Shown: positions 9,811-17,741, counted from the stretch's first letter. The stretch is 32,000 nt of DNA from Vibrio alginolyticus NBRC 15630 = ATCC 17749 (GCF_000354175.2 NC_022349.1:2220001-2252000); one strand, 5' to 3'. A program made the numbers and translations. Notes: a model not told the origin generated them from the letters alone.

Positions 9811-10410
9811 ATGGTAAGACGTCGCCAGCAAAACTCATCACAAAAAAAGCCAACAACGGGCTTTGTTCGCATTATTAGTGGCTTATGGAGAGGCAGAAAA
9901 CTTCCTGTACACGATGCTGAAGGCTTACGCCCCACGACAGATCGCGTCAAAGAAACGCTGTTTAACTGGTTAGCTCAAGATGTACCACAGGCAAAATGTC
10001 TCGACTTGTTTGCTGGCTCTGGCGGCTTGGGATTTGAGTCAGCTTCGCGCCAAGCAGAGCAAGTGACCATGGTTGAGCTAAACCCACAAGCTTTCCAACA
10101 GTTACAAAAGAATGTTGCCTCTCTTAACGCGAACAACATCCAAGTGGTAAATACCGACGCACTGAGTTTTTTGAAGCAACCGGGTTCTGCTCATCATGTG
10201 GTGTTTATTGACCCACCGTTTCGCAAAGGTCTATTGGATGAGACCGTGGCTCTGCTAGAACAAAATGGCTGGCTCGCGGAAGATGCGATGATTTATATTG
10301 AAACAGAAAAAGAACTCAATATTGCCGACTTACCAGAAAACTGGCAATTACATCGAGAAAAAACAGCAGGCCAAGTGAGCTATCGTCTGTACGAACGTAC
10401 CTCCGCATAA
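9811..10410 (+). CDS. rsmD: 16S rRNA (guanine966-N2)-methyltransferase RsmD
   Basis: 199 aa with the SAM-binding 'LDLFAGSGGLG' and catalytic 'FIDPPF' motifs. It is divergent from ftsY, as in E. coli (yhhF). Confidence 0.9.
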   Translation: MVRRRQQNSSQKKPTTGFVRIISGLWRGRKLPVHDAEGLRPTTDRVKETLFNWLAQDVPQAKCLDLFAGSGGLGFESASRQAEQVTMVELNPQAFQQLQKNVASLNANNIQVVNTDALSFLKQPGSAHHVVFIDPPFRKGLLDETVALLEQNGWLAEDAMIYIETEKELNIADLPENWQLHREKTAGQVSYRLYERTSA

Positions 10411-10435
10411 CGCCTCGATTTAAAAGGATACTTAA

Positions 10436-10702
10436 ATGAAAGCACTAATTATGCTGGCCAAAGCGGCTATCGCCTTTGTTTGGTTAGTATTAATCCTAAA
10501 TATTTTTATGCCCTTTCCCGGCAATGCCGCGATTGCGCTATACATCATGACCGCTTTTTTGTTCATCATGCACGGTTTACAAATGGCCATCTTCATTGGT
10601 GCATTTGGCGACAAAATAAAAATGAGCAGTTGGGAAAAATATTCAATCCTGATTTTTGGTATTTTTGCCCTACTCGATATTCGTCGTAAACACATGATGT
10701 AA
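10436..10702 (+). CDS. yhhL: small inner-membrane protein, DUF1145/YhhL family
   Basis: 88 aa with three hydrophobic helices and an AAGGA SD. It begins 25 nt after rsmD, which matches the E. coli rsmD-yhhL arrangement. Confidence 0.7.
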   Translation: MKALIMLAKAAIAFVWLVLILNIFMPFPGNAAIALYIMTAFLFIMHGLQMAIFIGAFGDKIKMSSWEKYSILIFGIFALLDIRRKHMM

Positions 10703-10714
10703 TCGCTCAGATAC

Positions 10715-10747
10715 GAAAAAGCCGCTCTTGTGAGCGGCTTTTTTTCT
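10715..10747. terminator. bidirectional terminator between yhhL and the MarC-family gene
   Basis: Hairpin GCCGCTC-ttgt-GAGCGGC is flanked by A5 and T8. Confidence 0.75.
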
Positions 10748-10759
10748 GCGTTTCGTTCG

Positions 10760-11344
10760 TCACCCAATGTAACTTTTTACACCATCCAAGAACATTTGAG
10801 TGGAGATCATCACCAGTAACAAGCCCATTAAGCGTTCTACCGCCTTCAAGCCACGTTCACCCAACAAGCGATTAAAGAAGCCATAAAACATCAGTATAAA
10901 AAATGTTGCGCCCCACGCAATTACGACTGATGCTGACATTTCCAACATTTTCTCTGGATGTTGCGAAGACAGTAAAAGCAAGGCTGCAATCACTGAAGGG
11001 CCCGCGATCATAGGAATGGCCATCGGAACAATAAAGGGCTCCTCGCCTGCTGCCAGTCCAGTGATGCTGCCAGCACTCGGGAAAATCATCTTAATCGCAA
11101 TAATGAAGAGAATAATGCCACCTGAAATGCTGAGCGTTTCTGGCTGGACATGCAAAAAACTTAAGATGCTTTGTCCTGCAAACAGAAACAACATCAAAAT
11201 CAGTAAGGCAAACAGTAGTTCACGAATCAATACCTTACGACGACGCTTGGGATCGATATGTTTGAGAATAGACAACACAATCGGCAAGTTACCGAGAGGG
11301 TCCATGATTAGAAACAGCATGGTCGCTGCAGAAAGAATGTCCAT
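10760..11344 (-). CDS. MarC/UPF0056 family membrane protein (YhgN-like)
   Basis: 194 aa and polytopic. The N-terminus 'FLIMDPLGNLPI' is characteristic of the MarC family. Confidence 0.85.
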   Translation of the reverse strand: MDILSAATMLFLIMDPLGNLPIVLSILKHIDPKRRRKVLIRELLFALLILMLFLFAGQSILSFLHVQPETLSISGGIILFIIAIKMIFPSAGSITGLAAGEEPFIVPMAIPMIAGPSVIAALLLLSSQHPEKMLEMSASVVIAWGATFFILMFYGFFNRLLGERGLKAVERLMGLLLVMISTQMFLDGVKSYIG

Positions 11345-11450
11345 ATTCTGGCCTCACCTAAAAAATGGCGGCCAGTGTATAGCAAACTGACAACATGAGT
11401 ATATGACTGAGGGCGAAAACACCATAGTCACCCTCGATCTTAGCCGCCGT

Positions 11451-11672
11451 TTAGTGATTGCAAACTCGCGCCATATTGACCACAAACTTACCTTCAAGCT
11501 CACGAATTTTGTCGCGCTTGAGCAAAAATGCTAGTAATGCATCTAAGTCTAGATCATTCAGTTTACAGGTGTGAAAGCGAACGCTAGCACCAAAGTGCTG
11601 TGTGAGGGCTTCGCGATCCATTGGTGTTTCTCTAAGTAGGTTTAGCAGCTCGTGAGCATGGATTTCACTCAT
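11451..11672 (-). CDS. YecH-like small putative metal-binding protein (DUF2492-like)
   Basis: 73 aa with 'RFHTC' and C-terminal 'VCNH' Cys/His pairs. The family assignment is from memory. Confidence 0.5.
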   Translation of the reverse strand: MSEIHAHELLNLLRETPMDREALTQHFGASVRFHTCKLNDLDLDALLAFLLKRDKIRELEGKFVVNMARVCNH

Positions 11673-11741
11673 TATTGACTCCAGTTATTAAGAACAATGC
11701 GTTCAGTTTACTGAAATCCTCAAGAGCTGCTTTGACTTAAA

Positions 11742-12362
11742 TTAGTAAATGATTGAGGCAACAATGAGGGCATGAGCAAAAAAGTAACTGCCACTCACCC
11801 ACAAATAGGCGTGTTTCATCGGTTTTCGATAACCGTGTATCGCGTATGCCAGCGCCGAATAGATGAGAACTAAGGTTCCGCTAAAGCCGATAGCATTGGC
11901 GTAACTCGGCACTTGTAACCAAACTTCACCGGCTGCCCAAGCAAGTTGAACCAGCATCATCCCCATGATCACAACAGGGAATACCAGAGAGTCGAGTTGA
12001 GGTAGCAACAAAAAGAACGCCACGATACTCGCTGCAAGCAGCAGGGCCAACAGCCACCAGACAATCTCACCATTAAGCTGCACCCAAAATGACTTGCTGT
12101 AGCATACCTGGGCAACCAGATAAGCCGTAAAATAGATTAGCTTACGAGTTTTAAACGAGTGCAGCGTATCTGCCACCATAGACACAATAAGCCCACCCGC
12201 AATCCAGTAGGTATATGTTGCGGATGCACCTTGAGTTAACACCAACACAAGAAGAAGTAGCAGAGTAAAGATTTTAAACACGAGGGATTGTGTCGGGTTA
12301 GCTTGCTTTGCTCCCAACACGGAATACACACCTGATAGCCCTATCGCCAGCCAACTCCACAT
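11742..12362 (-). CDS. YhhN-family-like polytopic membrane protein (lysoplasmalogenase family, divergent)
   Basis: 206 aa with about 7 TM helices. 'GGLIVSMVADTL' resembles the YhhN 'GLxFSxxGD' block. Its position relative to the rsmD/yhhL/yhhM homologues fits the E. coli yhh cluster. Confidence 0.5.
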   Translation of the reverse strand: MWSWLAIGLSGVYSVLGAKQANPTQSLVFKIFTLLLLLVLVLTQGASATYTYWIAGGLIVSMVADTLHSFKTRKLIYFTAYLVAQVCYSKSFWVQLNGEIVWWLLALLLAASIVAFFLLLPQLDSLVFPVVIMGMMLVQLAWAAGEVWLQVPSYANAIGFSGTLVLIYSALAYAIHGYRKPMKHAYLWVSGSYFFAHALIVASIIY

Positions 12363-13233
12363 GCAGTATACACCTTTTACTTAAACTCGCCGCTAGTCTA
12401 GGTAGACCAGTTTTGATGTAAAGACACAATCTACGAAAGTTGGATCTCGCTAGCGATTCGAAACATTTTGTAACCCTCAGCCTACGTAATAATAAAGCCG
12501 ATGAGCCTGAATGATGCCACTAAACATTGGGGCCAAGCTTTGCTCATCAGCCGAACCCATCAAATCACACGACACAATAACCAACGCTTTCTAAAACTAT
12601 TTAACTGAAAAACAGATAAGTGCTCCAGGTAAGCCGCCATTTCACAAACTGACGATTAAACCACCAGGATGTATGTAATGCAGGCAACAAGAATAAATAA
12701 CAGACACAAAATAGAAAATAGTCTTAGTAGCGCTCTAAGAGAGGAGAAACCACTGATGACTAGGGGTAAAAACTAAGAAAACCGACCTTAATTCAGTAAA
12801 AAAACATCAGACAAGAAAAGTAAGTCAATGATAAATAAAACCATAATTTCAATAACAGATAAAAGTGCGGACTTCATAAACCATAAAATCACTAAACACT
12901 TTTGAAGCCCATATTTTCTCATAAGGTAAGAAAATCTCACTCCATGCTTTCGATTTGACGATGCAACCTCATAGCACATTTTTTAATTTTCTCAATTTTT
13001 GAGAAATACAGACAAAATAAACACCCAACATACCATTCGAAACAAAAAACAATTACAAAGCCAACACCACAAACCATTTAACATTATAAAATCATATACT
13101 TAAAACAAAAAAGGATAGAAATAAAACAATGTGAACACTTTAAATGCAGCACAAAAAACATAGTTTCATTAGTCAGAATCACGTAAAACCAGACAAGTTA
13201 AGTGTGGTTTTTGAAAAGATTAACGAGCATATG

Positions 13234-13263
13234 TTGATCAAACCCCAAAAACAGTGCTATATT
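13234..13263 (+). promoter_or_regulatory. candidate sigma-70 promoter for the mini-ORF
   Basis: TTGATC - 18 nt - TATATT, with a TG dinucleotide one base upstream of the -10 hexamer (extended -10), about 40 nt upstream of the mini-ORF ATG. Confidence 0.4.
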
Positions 13264-13301
13264 AAATTCATCGAGTTCATCAAAGATTAAGGGGTAGTGT
13301 T

Positions 13302-13382
13302 ATGATTTCATCTTCTCAAAAACAAGGGCTGGTTATGATTGCAGTGGTTGTGGGTTTAATGACACTGCCAATGATGTACTAA
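13302..13382 (+). CDS. 26-aa hydrophobic mini-protein (MISSSQKQGLVMIAVVVGLMTLPMMY), hypothetical
   Basis: ATG preceded by AAGGGG 7 nt upstream, with a candidate promoter upstream and a strong terminator 17 nt downstream. It has a single predicted TM helix and falls below the ORF-track size cut-off. Confidence 0.35.
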   Translation: MISSSQKQGLVMIAVVVGLMTLPMMY

Positions 13383-13398
13383 CCCAATGATTTAAAAT

Positions 13399-13428
13399 AA
13401 AAAAGGACGCAAATGCGTCCTTTTTTAT
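13399..13428. terminator. bidirectional terminator shared by the mini-ORF (+) and the HEPN-like gene (-)
   Basis: Hairpin GGACGC-aaat-GCGTCC is flanked by A6 and T6. Confidence 0.75.
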
Positions 13429-13442
13429 TTATCTGTATAGCT

Positions 13443-13811
13443 CTACTGAATGTGCTTAGACAAAATATCCCAGTGCATATAGTAGAAACCAAGAGCGGCC
13501 AGCGTAATCAACGTCATTAGCAAAATTGCTGTACGCCAAATAAAGCGAGAGCTTCTTGGTGTCAGCTCTTTTTCACAAGCATCACATGCCGCCATAAAGC
13601 CTTTACGATCATCCAGCTTGTAATCGTCTTCGTGCACCACTTTGTTACGCACGGTTGCGATGAATCGAAGCTTTGCTATCACGTCATGCGGTAAACGTTC
13701 TTCACAACTATTAATAAGTTGGTGCAACCCTTTCCCTTCTGCATGGTACTGAGTACGCAAAAGTTTTTCGATCGTTCGGGTACGCATGACTACTTTTTCA
13801 ATATCTGACAT
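13443..13811 (-). CDS. hypothetical membrane-anchored protein with a HEPN-like (R-N-x3-H; DUF4145-like) helical domain
   Basis: ATG with a strong AAGGAGGG SD. It has a helical N-domain of about 90 aa containing 'LRFIATVRNKVVHED' and a C-terminal TM helix 'ILLMTLITLAALGFYY'. The coding call is solid; the fold and function call is tentative. Confidence 0.65.
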   Translation of the reverse strand: MSDIEKVVMRTRTIEKLLRTQYHAEGKGLHQLINSCEERLPHDVIAKLRFIATVRNKVVHEDDYKLDDRKGFMAACDACEKELTPRSSRFIWRTAILLMTLITLAALGFYYMHWDILSKHIQ

Positions 13812-14139
13812 CGTAACCCTCCTTACCAGACCCTTCCTATGTTCATTATTTTTATTCTTCTATAAATTTAGAGCTTTTTCGAGCCGTTAAGTGCAATTTT
13901 ACTTTCAATTTGTGCCCTTGAGCTCATATAGCCAGACAAGTGAAAGCTGCTTAGTTCAGCTTTAGTGACGTAGCTTACAGATGAAGCAACAATTTCATCG
14001 CGTCCCCATTGAGATAAACCGTGAAGTGCGCCGAATAAAATTCATGTCCCTTTCATTAGATTATGAATAAGTTACCTCAACTCATCGTTTCGTCAGCGAG
14101 TTCTGTAGAATGGGACCCGATAAAACATTGGAGGTTAAT

Positions 14140-14469
14140 ATGCCAATCTCACTTATTTTCGCCCTATTCGCCCTTATTGCCTTGGGCGCGTGGGTGTTTT
14201 TCCGTTTTTATAGTAAGCACTATGTGGGCGAAGACGCTCCAGAGCAAAGCGCGCAGGTAACGGTTTTAGATAAACAAGCGATAGACATACCAAACGCACC
14301 ACCAGGTCAAGACGATCAAGAGTATTGGATTTACGTTCAACGTGGTTCTATCGGTCCAAAGCGTGAATTCCAAATTGGAGTGCATTACTACCATGCACTC
14401 AACCCTGGAGATAAGGGAACACTGACCTATCGCGGCAACAAGTTCCTTCACTTCGCTATCAAACGTTAA
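14140..14469 (+). CDS. yhhM: DUF2500/YhhM-family single-pass membrane protein
   Basis: GGAGG lies 5 nt upstream of the ATG at 14140, which I prefer over the track start at 14110. The C-terminal 'YYHALNPGDKGTLTYRGNKFLHF' parallels E. coli YhhM 'QYHALTVGDKGTLSYKGTRFVSF' as I recall it. Confidence 0.8.
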   Translation: MPISLIFALFALIALGAWVFFRFYSKHYVGEDAPEQSAQVTVLDKQAIDIPNAPPGQDDQEYWIYVQRGSIGPKREFQIGVHYYHALNPGDKGTLTYRGNKFLHFAIKR

Positions 14470-15479
14470 GGCAGTAACCAACGAGTCTTGGCAGAACGAG
14501 AAAAGAGATAGCTCATCGCCAAGGCTCCAGATCCACTTAGAACGATCCAGACTGGAATCACCCAAGCAGGATGTCCTGTGTACCAACCGAACTCTTTCAT
14601 CGGCCATAAGAAAATAGGGTGAAGTAAGTAAATCCCCAAGCTGTGCTGACTGATCACACTGACCGCTTTTTGTACTTTTGGTGATAAGCCTTCACCAAAG
14701 TAACGCCCGATCATAAAAATCATCGAAGCCGCTAGAATCACATTCAGTGTTTTATAAGAGAGCCAGCGCCCAACCGTATACTTCTCCGCCTCTAAGCTAT
14801 TTGTCACAACCATCGTAAAGGTCACTGCCAACGCCACGAGTCCTAGCCCAACAAATAAGGTCACCATAGAGCGATTCAAAGGTACCTTTTGAAATAAAAC
14901 ATACCCCAGTGGAAGGTAACCCATATAAAGCCACATCTGATTACTCCAAGGGCCATCAATCTTGAACAAGAACAGAGTGCTGGTGAAAAGCCAAAATGCG
15001 AGATAGGTATACAAGACGTTGTCATCCACGTTGCGTACCATCCATTGAAACAGCGGAATCACAAAATACAGTGGTATAAAGTAATAGAAAAAGCCGAGAT
15101 GGTAATACGTTGCGTGGAATGGGCTATTGCTTAATACCTCTTTTACGGTTTCAAAATCAAAGCCTTGAGAAGTCCAGCCTGAAAGGTATGCATAAAACAT
15201 CGACCAAATAAGAAATGGAACTAAAACTTTGCCCAAACGCCTTTTGATATAATACTTACCGTCAAATGGTCGAGTGTCACTGAGCATTAGCGCTCCGGTG
15301 ATCAAAATAAAAACTGGCACTGCCCAGCGGGTTACGCTATTCACGCCTACCGCTGTCAGCCATTGGTCAAATGGAATCACTCCTAACTCATTTCGATACG
15401 GTGCCAAGACGTGAATGGCGATCACTGCTACCGCTGCGAAGCAGCGCAATAAATCAAAAAACAGAACCCTTTCTCTCAT
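14466..15479 (-). CDS. acyltransferase family 3 (OafA/YrhL-like) integral membrane protein
   Basis: 337 aa with about 10 TM helices. The N-terminal 'FFDLLRCFAAVAVIAIHV' is typical of acyltransferase_3. Confidence 0.8.
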   Translation of the reverse strand: MRERVLFFDLLRCFAAVAVIAIHVLAPYRNELGVIPFDQWLTAVGVNSVTRWAVPVFILITGALMLSDTRPFDGKYYIKRRLGKVLVPFLIWSMFYAYLSGWTSQGFDFETVKEVLSNSPFHATYYHLGFFYYFIPLYFVIPLFQWMVRNVDDNVLYTYLAFWLFTSTLFLFKIDGPWSNQMWLYMGYLPLGYVLFQKVPLNRSMVTLFVGLGLVALAVTFTMVVTNSLEAEKYTVGRWLSYKTLNVILAASMIFMIGRYFGEGLSPKVQKAVSVISQHSLGIYLLHPIFLWPMKEFGWYTGHPAWVIPVWIVLSGSGALAMSYLFSRSAKTRWLLP

Positions 15480-15699
15480 ACCTTTCCCTACTTTGAGTCG
15501 CTTATCGTTTATAGCATAGGGTAAATCTCAACCAGTGAAATAGTTAACAATCTGTTTTTGCTTATTTTTAACTCAACAATGACCTACAACGGGGATTTCA
15601 TCACCACTCTAATCACTTAACGAGAACCAAAAACCAAGCATCAGTATTCACTCTCGATGCCAAACCGAAACAATCTGATTACAGCAAACGGCGCATAAG

Positions 15700-15731
15700 A
15701 AACAAAAATGGCTCCGATTTGGAGCCATTTA
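15700..15731 (-). terminator. rho-independent terminator downstream of arsJ
   Basis: Hairpin ATGGCTCC-gattt-GGAGCCAT, followed on the - strand by TTTTTGTTT. Confidence 0.7.
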
Positions 15732-15762
15732 TACCATCTACAGATAGCGATACTGGGGGTAG

Positions 15763-16980
15763 TTACGCAGTAGCAACATTAGCTTTTGGCAACTTAATTG
15801 AAATCAGCGTCGTCAGTGCCAAGAAAGCAAAAGAAACCCATAAGCACGCTGCAAGACCAGCCTCTTGGTAGATCCAACCCGATAATACCGTGCCAATCAA
15901 ACGTCCCATCGCATTGGCCATGTAGTAAAAACCGACATCCAACGAGACGCCATCGCCTTTAGCGTAGCTCACTATCAAGTACGAGTGCAGCGAAGAGTTA
16001 ATGGCAAACACAGCGCCAAAAATCATCAAACCTACCACAATCACCAATTCAGGCTGCCAACCGATTTGCACACCATAAGCAATACCAGCCGTAATTAACG
16101 CTAGGATTCCTGCCCACACCAATGCTGCACTACCATCAGGCACACGACCTTGCGCTTTGCCAGTAATACGCGGCGCAAAGCCTTGCACAAACCCATAAGC
16201 AATGACCCACGCTGCGAGAAAGCTACCAACCCACAAGTGATCCCAGCCAAACACGCTACCAAGATAAATAGGCAGAGCAACGACAAACCACACATCACGA
16301 GCACCAAACAAGAACATGCGTGCTGCGGATAAAATGTTTATCGATTCAGACTTGGAGAATATTTGGCGAAACTTAGGTTTACTCTTTGCTTTACCCATGT
16401 CCGCTTCTAGCCAGATCATGCTGCAAACAAACACTAATGTAAGTACACCCGCCATAATAAACATCGAGTTTTGAAAACCCACCCAAGACAGCAGCAAGCC
16501 ACCAACAAAAAAGCCCGCTCCTTTGAGTGCATTCTTCGAGCCAGTCAAAATCGCTACCCATTTGTAGAGCGCACCTTGCTGTTCGTCTGGTACTAGCGTT
16601 TTAATCGCGCTCTTAGCACTCATTTTGTTCAGATCTTTGGCAATCCCCGACAGAGCTTGCGCTGCCATCACCCAAGGAATGGTCAGCCATGCATTTGGTA
16701 CTGCGAGCATCAGCAACGCAAACACTTGCATCGCTAAACCAATGTTCATGGTTTTATTTAGGCCTAACCTTGCGCCCAACCAACCACCAACCAGGTTTGT
16801 CACCACACCAAAAAATTCATAGAAAAGAAACAGTGAGGCAATAGCTAACGTGGAATAACCTAAGTCATGAAAATAGAGCACCACCAGCATACGCAGTGCG
16901 CCATCGGTCACCGTAAAGTTCCAATAGTTAAACGTCACTAACATGTACTGACGAATACTTTTGCTTAATTGAGAAATCAT
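15763..16980 (-). CDS. arsJ: MFS organoarsenical efflux permease ArsJ
   Basis: 405-aa MFS protein. The N-terminal 'NYWNFTVTDGALRMLVVLYFH' pattern and linkage to a dedicated GAPDH and ArsR match the ArsJ family. GAGG SD. Confidence 0.85.
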   Translation of the reverse strand: MISQLSKSIRQYMLVTFNYWNFTVTDGALRMLVVLYFHDLGYSTLAIASLFLFYEFFGVVTNLVGGWLGARLGLNKTMNIGLAMQVFALLMLAVPNAWLTIPWVMAAQALSGIAKDLNKMSAKSAIKTLVPDEQQGALYKWVAILTGSKNALKGAGFFVGGLLLSWVGFQNSMFIMAGVLTLVFVCSMIWLEADMGKAKSKPKFRQIFSKSESINILSAARMFLFGARDVWFVVALPIYLGSVFGWDHLWVGSFLAAWVIAYGFVQGFAPRITGKAQGRVPDGSAALVWAGILALITAGIAYGVQIGWQPELVIVVGLMIFGAVFAINSSLHSYLIVSYAKGDGVSLDVGFYYMANAMGRLIGTVLSGWIYQEAGLAACLWVSFAFLALTTLISIKLPKANVATA

Positions 16981-17046
16981 ATTGACCTCATATGTACAGC
17001 GATAGAAGCATTTAGATCATCATGTTCTAAATACTTCCTAACCTGT

Positions 17047-17077
17047 ACAGCAACATTGACCAATACAATGTTGCTGT
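17047..17077. repeat. 12-bp perfect inverted repeat (ACAGCAACATTG-n7-CAATGTTGCTGT) in the phosphatase-arsJ spacer
   Basis: Read directly from the sequence. It lies about 65-95 nt upstream of the arsJ ATG, and no U-tract follows on the - strand. Confidence 0.8.
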
Positions 17078-17234
17078 GATTTTCAAAAAATGCCCCAACA
17101 TCAATAAAAAGAAAAATACACCTTAAAAACAATGTATTAGTTAATATTAATGGCTTTTTTTGTAAACAGTCGTATCCTGAAGAAGCTCGAATTTAGCTTT
17201 TGGATCATAATGAACCAAAAGCTATTTAAGCTGA

Positions 17235-17729
17235 TCAAGCGTCTTGAGCCACGCGTTCGATGTACTCAACTTGCACAGGTTTTGTAAATGCACCAGGGCG
17301 CAATGCCTGTACTTCTCGCACGATATCTTCTAACTGCCATTCCTTTTCTAGGAGTAGGTGAGCAGCGAACAAACCTGTGCGCCCCGAACCACCCATGCAA
17401 TGCATCGCAACTTTGCCACCTTGAGCAAGAATCGCGTGCAGTTCCGGACTGGCTTGTTGCCACTTCGTCGCAAATTCTTCATTTGGTGCGCAGTCGTCTT
17501 CAATCTCGATCTGGAACCATTTCATACCCAGTTGCTGAGTGGCTTCACCCAATGCAGAGACATTCTTCGCAGCTAATTCACTATCATCTAATGCAGTAAC
17601 GACCGCTTGAACACCCTGCTCTTTCAACTGTTCTAACGACGCATGCAAATCGACACCTTTCGTTCCTGGGCACGGTGTTAAGATTAAAGCACCGGAGTCC
17701 AAATCTAATTGCCATGTAGGATGAGACAT
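17235..17729 (-). CDS. Cys-based protein-tyrosine/dual-specificity phosphatase-fold protein (HCX5R P-loop) embedded in the ars cluster
   Basis: 164 aa with a perfect PTP signature 'HCMGGSGRTG' (H-C-X5-R-T). It lies 12 nt downstream of the GAPDH gene. Confidence 0.8.
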   Translation of the reverse strand: MSHPTWQLDLDSGALILTPCPGTKGVDLHASLEQLKEQGVQAVVTALDDSELAAKNVSALGEATQQLGMKWFQIEIEDDCAPNEEFATKWQQASPELHAILAQGGKVAMHCMGGSGRTGLFAAHLLLEKEWQLEDIVREVQALRPGAFTKPVQVEYIERVAQDA

Positions 17730-17741
17730 TGTGACCCCCTT

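Noticed and set aside
10432-10767. 111-aa - strand ORF overlapping yhhL
   Set aside because: It is the mirror image of the + strand DUF1145-like gene, which has an SD, operon context with rsmD and a terminator. The - strand ORF runs through that terminator.
12446-12455. 10-bp perfect palindrome TCGCTAGCGA upstream of the yhhN-like gene
   Set aside because: It is short and its chance occurrence is not negligible. No second copy or recognisable regulator consensus was found.
12788-12979. 63-aa - strand ORF in the A+T-rich gap
   Set aside because: No SD, and a low-complexity Leu/Phe/Ile-rich sequence as expected from T-rich DNA. At most it is a fragment of a decayed gene, so I did not call it as a CDS.
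13433-13448. LexA-box-like CTGT-n8-ACTG near the HEPN-like gene stop
   Set aside because: It mismatches the invariant ACAG half-site and sits at a gene 3' end rather than in a promoter.
13981-14070. 29-codon + strand ORF (MKQQFHRVPIEINREVRR...) in the HEPN-like/yhhM divergent spacer
   Set aside because: No SD-like sequence upstream. The faint resemblance to a PilZ-type N-terminus is too weak to support a call.
14063-14607. ORFs 14063-14260 (+) and 14266-14607 (-)
   Set aside because: They overlap the better-supported yhhM-like and acyltransferase genes in other frames, and no motifs were found.
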